Below are positions 50,249-62,200 of a stretch of DNA of 64,000 bases, piece by piece. This DNA is from Chrysomallon squamiferum (lineage: Eukaryota > Animalia > Mollusca), in NCBI GenBank assembly GCA_012295275.1, contig CM022669.1, forward strand, positions 8,680,001 through 8,744,000. The letters run 5' to 3'. The notes below the pieces were generated by a model. The model made no database searches. It was not told the origin of the DNA and was given only the letters and a program-made list of their open reading frames with translations. Position numbers and translations under genes: made by a program. Position 1 is the first letter of the stretch, and every line of letters begins with the position of its first letter.

Positions 50249-53200
50249 GGTAGTTACAAAGAACAGATTGGAAATGGCAAAGCATTTTTTAGTGAAATTC
50301 AAACACTTAATATTTAGATATTTTACAGATTTATTCAGCCACTTATGTCATTTTGTTCACATTTCAGAATATCTATACATACTTTCTATTTCTGTCATGT
50401 GTTAAACAAAAATCATTTGCTCAAATGCTTAACCTATTGAAAAACATTACAAACTTTTGTTCCAACTCAGTAATAATAATATATATAAAAATAGATTCAT
50501 CAGTTATGCAAAAATACTTAGTATTATAAATATAGACACAGTGTAAGGAATTAATAAAATATAAAGTGGACATGGTTTGTAAGAAATTTTAAATGCTGTA
50601 TTTTAGATTTATAGACTCAGTCTATTAGGAATTATAAATAGATGATAAAGTGTTATTTATAAACAAATGCTGTATAAAAATTAAGAAACTTACCAACTTT
50701 TTATTTAATTATGTGAACGTAATTTTAAAAAAATTATTACAATTATATTTTCATTTTTATTCAGTTAAGTGGTAATCTTCAGAGGAATGATGAAATTTGC
50801 ATTGAACAATAGCAGTTTTAAATCTTTAATTAAATTATACATTTAACCAGCTGGTATATGTTCATTTTTATAACATGGTTTCTGCAGCATTATTGCTTTT
50901 AATGCTTTGTTTATTATTTCAGTGAAATTTGAAGCTATGGCTGATGTAATGATAGCGCATCATATTTTGTTATATGGTTGTGAAGGTGAACCATACAGTA
51001 ATAGCAGTGTATGGTAAGTGTAATAATAATAATTTTATATATTTATGTGAGGTTAAATTATACAGTGTCAGAGCAGAACCAAACAACAACAGCAGTTTCA
51101 CTTGTTTTCATGGTAGTTGTGGAATATACAGACATATTGTTTTTACTTTGTTCAGGAACTGTCCAGGTATTTGTGAAAATGGTCAAACTCAGAAGATTTT
51201 GTTTGCCTGGGCTAAAAATGCCCCACCGACTGTTTTACCAAAAGGTATGCACATTCCACTACTGATTCCATGTTAACATTAATTTTTATTAGTATATTCT
51301 TTTTGTTTTTTAAATTGTGTTTTTTTTAAATTTATTTTTTATATTTATTTTTTAATTATTTTTTGTTTGTGTTGCTTTCATGCTAAAACATTTGAGATCT
51401 CATTTCTGTATATTATTATCAAGTTAAATTATATTAATGATTTGATCATTATAATTTAGATAAGTTTTATGTTTTCACTGTCAAGTGATCTCATTGTTTT
51501 TTTTATAACTGTTTCCATAGTACATTGTTACAGATGTTGATTCTGAGTTTGTGCAGTTCCTTAACCATAGATAGATATCACATTAATAAAACTATGTCCA
51601 TCGTCAAATTTATTATCTGTTTTCTCTATCTTTTAATTTCTTTCTTGTTCTCTTTCACTTTGTATGAGGAATAGTAAAATTATTTTGAATTGTAAGAATG
51701 TTCAGTACGGATTACTTTCTGTACAGTTTGTGTAAAACATGATGTAGTAATAATTATTCTGTAGTATCAGTGTACTGTGTGCAGTGTTTTAGATTGTGTA
51801 GTAATTTCTCTATTACAGATGTAGGTTTTCGAATAGGAGGTGTTAATGGCATAAAGACTCTGGTTTTACAAGTTCATTACAAACATAAATTTGAAGGTTT
51901 GTATTCAAACATTTTAAATAATAAAGACTAACTAGTAACAGCAATAGTGTTAAGTTTTGTGTTTAATTGATATAATTTTTTTTTAAAAGAACTAACTAAA
52001 ATAAACCACCACTAATTTATTGTTGTTGTTGTTGTTTATTTATTTAACTAGTCTGTGTATTACTGCCTATAAAATATAGTGGGTTTTTTTTCATTAATTA
52101 TTTATTTTTAATTTTATAGAAAATGCTGCAAGAGATGAGTCAGGTTTGAGAATCTATATGACAAACAAAAAGTAAGTTTTATTATTACACATATAGATTA
52201 AAATTAGTCTGACAAGTAGAATATTTGTAAACAAAATTTATTAACTTGTTAGTGATTGTTATATATCTTGTTGATGTTGAAATTTCTCAATACAGCATGC
52301 CATTTTTCATTTCTTTCTTACATTTCCATCAGACAGTGTTTTACTAATTTATAGAATCTGAAGAGGGAGAAGAATATTAATATTTTGTTTAACAAACAAG
52401 AAAAATAAAGAATTGTTTAGATTTTATTAGAAAATAATTTTAATGTATTGATCTTTCAGGTTTTATAAGTTCTGTTGTGTTTGACTCTAACAGCATCAGT
52501 TAGTGCAAATGCAAATCACCATTAATTATTGAACATTTAATTGTAAATGATAAATGTTTAAATTGTAATTTCAGACCAAAGTATGTTGCAGGAATTTTCC
52601 TTCTTGCTTCATGGCAGCTGAACATTCCACCTAATACACCTAGTAAGATTTTTTATTTAGCATTCTTTTGTTGTTACCAGCATTGTGTTTATTGAAAAAT
52701 ATTTTACATTTCTGAACACACATATCTATACACACACAGCCACACACACACATACATCTACACACACACAGATATTACAGATGTTTGCAAACACACATTC
52801 ACAGATACACAGATACCCACATACATAACAGATATAAAAATAAGTACAAGCAAACAAACCAATTATAATTATGGTATTTTAATTATTTTTCAGTGACCCA
52901 TGCTGATTTGAGCTGTGCTTATGTATTGAAAACACCAATGTTTCCCTTTGCTTACAGAACACATGCTCATGAACTTGGTAAGAATTGTTTCCTGATTCAC
53001 ATATATGTGATATACAAATAATATTGATAAACAAAATACTAAGAGGTGAATACTGATTATATATTATAACTGGAGACTGACAAACTGTCCTGTATGATTT
53101 ATAATGTGTATTTTGTTCTGTTTTGTTGTCTCAAAGAAACTTAAAATAGTTTTTGAAACCTCTGTTTGTCTCTTGTGTATAAAAATAAAATATTCCTAAT

Positions 53201-56200
53201 TTTATAAAACAACTGATTTAATATATTTAAATTTTAGGAACAGTGATTACTGGATATCAGTATAACAACAGCTGGCATGAAATAGGGAAAGGAAATCCTC
53301 AGTGGCCACAGGTGTGTATTAAAAAACTGTTTTTATTTACAAAATACATGTGATAAGTCACACTGTGACAGTTATCCTTGATATGACTGGTATGTCATAC
53401 TTCCAGCATATCTGTGATACCACTGCAATCTCACACTGTGCAACGTATGTACTGAATTCACAATCATTACCTAAGAAATATATTATTAAATCCAGAAAAT
53501 TAGTTTGTGATGTGTGTAAAATATTGTATTAGAAATAACAGAAAAAGAACTTTAACCAAAATCATGGAAAAAGTATTTAAGAAACACAGCATTCATTTGA
53601 AAAACACCATGGAGGATAATATTTATGAAATATACCTTTTGAGAAACAATAAAGTTAAATAGTAACTGAAATTTCTTTTTATATCTGTTTCTTTTTTTAA
53701 TTTAAAAAGTTTGAACTAATTTTTGTATCACTGGTGAAAATACAAGAGATTGTACACTGTTGTGTCAATCTGTTGACAGTATTCTATTGTGTTAGTTTTT
53801 AGGTGATTTATTACATCAAAAGTTAGTGACTTGTTCAGTTATGTTGTAATTTCAGGCATTTTACCCAGTGAAAGAAAAAATAGAAGTCAAACCTAATGAT
53901 ATTCTGGTAAGTACTGTGAAAACAAATCAGAGCATCAAACTTCATTTGTTTCTTTCTTATTTAAGATGTATTTAATCCATAATCCACTATGCTGGCATGT
54001 TAGGCAAAAAAAGAGTATGATAAGTATAATAATTTTATAACAGTAACATTAAACACATAGCAAATTCATTTCACCAATCTCTGATAAACATAAATGATAA
54101 ATATAATAATTTTATAACAATAACATTATACATATAGCAGGTCCACTATGCCAGTCTCTAATAAACAGACAATAACAAATACAATTCCTATGACAAAAAC
54201 ATAATGCACACACCAGTACATCATGTTAATAATTATTTTGAAAACAAGCATGTTATGATTTGTTTATTAATAGCTATTTGTACTTTGATTACAGGTAGCC
54301 AGGTGTTCATTTAACTCTACAGGTAGATCTACCACAACACATGCAGGGTATGTTGTATAGCATTTAATTTATTTTTAATAATATATTTTCAAATGTACAT
54401 TTTGTTTTTTATTTATTTATTTTTAATTGTGAGTGATGTAGGTAGTAAGTATAATGTAAAAATAATCTGTTTGAGAGTGGTTTGTTACTGTTATTGATAG
54501 GAGTGTTTTATTTTGCTTCTGTATATGTTTGTGTGTGTGTGAGTGTGTATGTAATGTGATATAGTACAGATAGGTATATCTTTTTATATATATATGTAAA
54601 GATGATATACATAAATGTGCAAACACTGTATAGTACACTGGTATTACAGAATGACTGGTGGAGATGAGATGTGTAACTACTACATCATGTTCTACACAAA
54701 TTCTACACAAAGTAATCCATATGGAGCATGTTCTTTCAATGCAAAACCAGACATTGTGAAAAACATTCCTGCAGATTCTGACGTTCCACTACCACCAAAC
54801 CCACTGTTGGAGGAAGAGGCCAAAGGTCACCATAAAGGAATGCCTCAGCCATCAGGTAGACTAATTTTAAACAATTGATTTTCATATAATATGTATATGT
54901 GTTTAGAGCATGAATGTGTGTTCAGGTGTGTCTTTATCATATGTGTTTGGTATGCTGGTGTAGTTTTAAAGAAATATTTTAAATCATTTTTTGTTTACTT
55001 TAGATCACTTTGCTAATCTGCAGACCATGGATTTGGTAATGAAAGGAGCAAGACCTTTACAGGTGAAATAAACTGTTACCATTACTCTTTAGTTTTAACA
55101 TTTTTCTCCAGTTTTCATTCAGTATGTGAAGAGAAGTTTTTAGAATGATATTATCTAGAAATTTGGAATTCAGTATTCTAAACATGGATTTTCTAAAACC
55201 TGTAGCTTCACCTAAATTTTAATAAAGTAATTTTTCATGAATATAACTGAGATTCTGTTTAGGACTTCCAACTGAAAACCTTTTGAAATTTGTCTTTCAG
55301 CATGATTCATATTTGTGTGCAGCATACAAGATGCCTGCAGAGGAGCAGTATATTGGTGAGTTCATCATCTTTTCTCCTTTTCATTTCAGAATAAATTTTA
55401 GTCTTCAAGTATGAATCATTAGGAACAATATAAACTTCTTTTTCCTTTTTTTTTTCTTAACTCATGTAGAAATCATGTAATTTTAATGTAAAGAGGATGG
55501 TAAAGTGATGATGTTGGTGTGTTTATTGTGTAATTTTAAAGAGGATGATGAAATGTTTGTGTTTCAGTTAAATTTGAAGCAATGGCCAAGGCTCAGATAG
55601 CTCATCACATTCTTGTTTTTGGCTGCAATGGAGACGAGTACAGCACCTCTCCTATCTGGTATATTATAACTTTATTATTATTATATATGTTGTATCAGAT
55701 ATGTTGTACAAACACACACACCCACACACATACACTGAGAGAGACAGAGAAACGATCAGTTCAGTGACTCACACATTGTTTGACAGATCCCACAAACAAT
55801 GGATGATATACATCAATGGATCACACTCATCTACATGTTATCATACATCAAATGATGCTTGTTTAGTGATTGTAAATACTGATATATTTTTAATTAAATC
55901 TTTCTTATCATATTACTTAAATGTATTGTTATTTTATTTTTCTGAGCTGTAATACATAAATATAGGTGACAAAAATACATAGATTTATTAAATATATACT
56001 GTTGTATTTTATCCAGTGTTAATTAATTTATGTTTTACAAATAAATTCAGGGTTACATTTTACATTTAGGGACTGTCCTCCAGTGTGCAAAGATGGTCAG
56101 GAGAAAATTCTCTTTGCATGGGCCAAAAATGCTCCTCCCACAACACTCCCTAAAGGTAAATTATAATAACAGTAATAATACTTAATGAATTGATACAGAG

Positions 56201-59200
56201 CATTTTTCTATAAAGACCATTTTCATCAACATCATTAAATATTTTTAGCACAAGACAGTTGCTGCATTATTAATAATCAAGCTGAAGATACCGTTAATGA
56301 AAAATATAAATATTCTTTGATTCATTAGTTACTTTGTGTTTTCAGTTTGATAAAAAAATTTAATTACTGAACTTTATATAAGAAATTTGTGACTTTGGTA
56401 AGTTTTTTGTTATAATTTGTGATTTTGTTTTAGATGTTGGGTTCCGAGTGGGTGGTGCCAGTGGAATTAAAACAATTGTGTTACAAGTGCATTATGCTAA
56501 TCCTTTTGATGGTAAGTGTTTCAACTGAATAATTGATAAAGAATTGTTATTTATTTTTTTTTTATAATAAAACCTATGCAGATATATCAATGTGTTTCTA
56601 AAACTATAAAAACTAAAAAAAAAAAAAAAAAAAAAAGTGTACTGGGATACAATCTATTTTATAGATCATCTGTTATTTTTATTTGCTATATTTCAATATG
56701 TGTCTTTTATGTTGTATATATGTTAACATATATTTAGCTTTATTTCATTCTTTAATAGAAAATGTGTTTTCATTTCAGCTAATGCAGAAAAAGATCACTC
56801 TGGAATAAAAATTTATCTGACAAAAGAAAGGTAAGTTTTAAATAACAGCTATCAAATAAAACTGAAAAAACATGTCCACTAATGTGCTTAAAAGAAGTTG
56901 TGGTATGCACTGTCATGACTGAAAGAGTTACTTTTAAAGATGTTTATCTCTAAAGGTAGCCTGTGGTCTGTGTTTCCTCATATATCATTTTGTAAAAATC
57001 ACATTTGTCACAAAATTGTGTAAACCATTGCCAGCAGACAAGTGTATGTCACTGTCACCAACATTTAAAACACAGGTTAATGAAACAGTTAAAATATTAA
57101 TGAGACAACATATTAATGAAATGTATCATCACTTATATATTAAATCTTCTTTTTTATAGACAAAAGTTTGTTGCTGGAATTTTCCTGTTGATGGCATATG
57201 AAGCTTCAATACCTCCAAATAAACCAAGTAATGTTTTACACCTTGATAATAATAACAACTACAGCTAATGTTTTAATTTATGAGAGAAACAAATATAATC
57301 ATTTACAGTTTTTAATCATATCTTGTAAAACAATGTTTAAATATAATCATATACAGTTTTTAATAAATATTAAACCAATATATCTGTATTTAAATATTAA
57401 CTTGTCACTTTTCTTGAAACATTCTATTTACATGTCTCTTGATGTTTTAATCTTGTCAGTTTTAATATTGTGTTTTGTACAGAGGTCTATGCTGATATCA
57501 GCTGTGTTTATGATCTACAGAAAACAATGCATCCATTTGCTTATAGAACTCACGCACATGGTCTTGGTTGGTGGTTTTTTTTATTTATATATATATATGT
57601 ATACATTACACAATTCTTACATTCATAAATACAGAACATCTTTGATAAACATCTTTTTTTTTGTTGGGTTTTTGTTGTTTTTTTTATACTAAAGAATTAA
57701 TAAAAAATTGTTATTGATAATAGGTAAGAATAACAATGGAATGTGATAAGATCTTGTGTTATTATAAAAATTACTTAAAATGAATTTGACTAAATTTTTA
57801 CATCTGATAAGAATTTATTAATACATGAAATACAACATTAAATATATGTATTGTAATAAATTTGTGTCAGCCTTTTTAACTGTATTTTGTAGTTAGCTTT
57901 TAAAATAGAGTTTAAACATGTGGTATTATTTGTTTTAGGTCGAGTGATCACAGGATATCAGTATAACAACAGCTGGCATGAAATAGGGAAAGGAAATCCT
58001 CAGTGGCCACAGGTAAATTTCAGATTTAGACTCTTGTCTTTTGTCAATGTCATTGATTACTATCAGCAGTACTTTAAAACCATCTGTTTAAGCTTTGTGT
58101 AAGCTAATTATATTTTATTTATTTATTTGTGTTATGTACAGAATGTCTTTTCTTTTTACATTAATATTTTGGTCACTCTGTGGGTATGAGAAAACTCAGA
58201 TATGACCAGTGTTTTTTTTTTTTTTTTTGTGACATTAGTACAGTTACGTTTTAATATTTAATAAAAGAATAAATATTGTTTAAAATTACACACAGAAAAT
58301 TGTATGTTACTGTTACAGGCTTTCTACCCAGTCCATGACAACATCATTGTACATCCTGGAGATAAACTGGTGTGTTTTTATTTAAATACAGTTTCCACTA
58401 TAAACATTTTAGTATCAGTGAAAATAATATAATAATATTAATACTATATAATACCAGTAAATATCTCTTAATGAAAAGACAATAGTGAGGGAGAAGAAAT
58501 AGGTTAAAATAAGATGTTTTTAAAACAAGCATTATAAATCATTTTATATTTGATGGAAAATAATAATTTGCTTCTTTAATTTTAATTTTTCTTTATATAA
58601 TTTTTCTGTCATGTTATGCTGTTTTTATATTACCAGTAATATAAATGTTTTTATTAATAATGTTCGTAGGTGGCACGATGTACATTTAATTCAACAGGTC
58701 GAAACAGATTCACATATATAGGGTAAGAATATTTTCTTTATTTCACAAAAACTGAATACGACTGACTTTGTCAACACTTCATTTCACTCTTTGCCGTATC
58801 ATTCTAAAACTATATATTAGTTTTCTGTGACAAATGTGAAAACAGCCCATCAGTGATATTCAAAATGTTTAAACAGTACTTTTCAAAATAGTTTATAATT
58901 AATAACAGTTCTGTTTAACAGCATTATTAATTTTACACTAAAAGTACACAATTTCTGTTAATGATGATAATTAATAACTACACATCTGATACTATTATTA
59001 TGTCTACAGAAGTACTTGAGTTTTAATAACTCTCCTGGACATTTGTTTTTTTGTTTTTGAAGTCAAACTGGTAATGATGAGATGTGTAATTTCTACATCA
59101 TGTTCTACACTGAATCGGATGTTCAAGATCCGTATGGTGCGTGTGGAGGAAACAAATATGCACAACAAGTTGGCCCCTTGCCAGCAGATTCCGATGTTCC

Positions 59201-62200
59201 CTTGCCTCCAAACCCACTGCTGGAGGAAATAGCCAAAGGTCATCATCATCATTATGTGCCACCACAAGGTAAATTAGAAACAAACAGGGTGTTTAGGAAA
59301 TATATGGTTAAAGAAACTGAGGGTGTTTTTGTTAAGAAAAGTCTTGCTGAAGAGCTACTTATGTTACATGTTAGTAAAGAGTCTGATGTGAAGTTCAGAA
59401 CAAAAAGGGATAAGAACAGTGTCAATGAACTTGAGTCACTGTTGTCATCAAAACAAACAGTAGATGGTTCGAGACACACAGCCAGTGACTCACCCCAACA
59501 CAGAGCTTCTGTGAAGGAGGCCATGTTGAATCCAGTTGAAGGTTCATCTGGAATGTTACAGACAGGTTTGTCTAGAGACGAGGCAGAGAAAACTAAACAT
59601 GTAAGAACAAGAAGTGAAGGAGCTGTTAAATATGAGATAACAACTGACAGTAAGACTTGGTGTTGTTTAGCATGACAGCCCAGCATGTTTGATACACTTG
59701 TTGTTGTTGTTGTTGTTGTTGTTTTTGTTGTTGGTTTTTTTGCATGCTTACATAGTCACCATCTGTTGAAGGGTCCTTAAAGAAGTTCCCAGAATATAAA
59801 TACATCAAAACTTCATTTAGCGAAATTTATTGTTTAATCATCCATCATACATACCTCATTTAATTCTGTTTCATAGTTCATGCATTTTTACTGTATTTTC
59901 CAAATTCAGGGAACATTCTGAAGTCACCTTTAATTGTTCCAGTTTTATTTTTGTTGAAGGTTCATAACACAAAAAATTACAACTGTTTAATAAAGTAGTT
60001 TGTTCAAAAGTTGGTGTTTTTGTTCTTTAGAAGTGTTTCACATTCCCTGGTTTTCTCCCATTAAAGAATTTGTACTAATAATAGAAAGTATCTTCACATT
60101 AACAGAAATACAGAAGAGTATATTACATGTTAGTTGCAAACAGAAATTGCACCAGAGAGCATGATTCCTATTAGAAACTAGTTTGAAATGTTAACTCACA
60201 GTAACATTGCTTTTTTTATTGTTTATATATGTCTCTTTATGTGTGTTTGTGTGTGTGTGTGTTTAATTTTAATTTTATAAATATTGAAATGAAACAAATA
60301 TTGTGAAAACTAAACAAAATTATTAAAAAAAAAAAAAAGTTACAAAAATATATCAAAGATACTTAACCTGGTTGTTTGACACTGACATTTGTTTTGTCAG
60401 ACAAGAATTTCTGTCTATACTCTGTGTGTTTATTAGTTTTAAGTCATAATTTGTTTTACGCAGTGTCAGCAAATAACACAGTTTATTGTTTTTCTATTTT
60501 AAATCACAGTTGTTAATTAGAAATATCAGAAAACTAATACTTGTCATCTTTCAGTAATAATATATTTTATTTCCAAGTTTTAAAATGTAAGAGTTAGAAT
60601 CTCTTAAAGTAGACAAATGTTGTTTTTAGTTATTTTTAGTCATGTTTTACTCTTTTGTATTCTGTAGCAAAAAAACCACTCAAAACAATGGATCTGAAAA
60701 TGAAGGGAGCGAAGCCTCTAGTGGTAATTTTGTCTTTGTAATAACATTCATTTTTAATAATGAGCAACTTAATTGGAACAAACCCAGTTTTCTCTACAAG
60801 TATACATTTAAACAGAAATATCCATGTATATGTATGTAAATAGTAAGGACAAAAGTATTGACTGTTTTATATTTCTTCATTACATAATTTATTTAGTATA
60901 TTTAATTTTTTTTATACATCACAAATGTAACATTAAAGAAAACTTCGAGGCTGATAAAAATGTTAGCAATTATTTTTGTCTCTGTTCCAGCATGATTCAT
61001 ATCTCTGTGCTGCTTATCCTGTCCCAGAAAAAGAGAATTTTATAGGTAAGATTTCTTTTTGTAGACTACTTACATATGTGTGTGTTTTCTACAGTTATCT
61101 GTGTATCAGGATGCTTTTATATTTATTTGTTTTCTAGTTAAGTTTGAGGTGATGTATCCGTGTTTAGTTATATTTTTTTTGTAGTTAAATTTGAGCTGAT
61201 GTATAAATGTATTTAAATTATATATATGTTAAGTTTAGTTATATTTGTTTTGTAGTTAAATTCCAGCTGATGTATAAATGTATTTAAATTATGTATATGT
61301 TAAGTTTAGTTACATTTGTTTTGTAGTTAAATTTGAGCTGATGTATAAATGTATTTAAATTATATATATGTTAAGATTAGTTATATTTGTTTTGTAGTGA
61401 AGTTTGAGGCAATACCAGACAAAACAACACCTCACCATATTATAATATTTGGATGTGAAGGAGATGCATACAGCACTGAACCATTCTGGTACTTACACTG
61501 GTTACTGTGTTTGTCTGTATGTGTGAATATTGTATCTGGGCGTGTTTATGTATGTGTATTGTATGTGTGTGTGTGTGTGGGTATGTGTTTTTATGAGTGT
61601 AAAAACACAGGGTTCTTTTTGTTTGGTTTTTTGGTATTTATTTTGTATGGTTTTTCTTTGTTTCTTTTAGTAATGAGAAACCTCTTCATGTATTATTTTA
61701 CACTTTTTCTTCAAGTCTTATCTTAATCTTTTATTCTACAGGCATTGTCCTGCTGTGTGTGCAGGACATAAGGTTCAGAAGATTTTGTTTGCCTGGGCCA
61801 AGAATGCCCCACCCACAGAGTTACCAGCTGGTAAACTCTTTTACAAATCACATTTTTACTTTGTCAGATAGTTTCTAAATAATTAAAACAATAGTAATAA
61901 TAATGAAACGGTTACTTATGGTTTTGATAACTGTTAAAAAACATAGATATTTTTAGTTAATTTGTTGTTGATTTTTATGGAAAAGTATTATTTATTACTG
62001 ATATCACTTATTTACTGTAAATATTTGTTGATCACATTATAAAAAAATAATGTAAACAATTTGTTTGTCTTTTTTCAACATAATTAAATTATATTTTCAA
62101 GAGTAAAGTTTCTCTTTTTCCGTTTACAACTACAACTACATCATGTTTATTTTTCTAGGTGTTGGATTTCGCATTGGTTCAGCTTCTGACATTCAAACAT

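Noticed and set aside
59661-59675. C-terminal CCLA* as a CaaX prenylation signal
   Set aside because: It would lie in a lumenal secretory protein and downstream of a good donor (59649); most likely chance intronic sequence
59252-59686. 144-aa antisense ORF over the PHM2 linker
   Set aside because: Mirror of the sense ORF with no recognisable motifs; better explained by the sense coding extension
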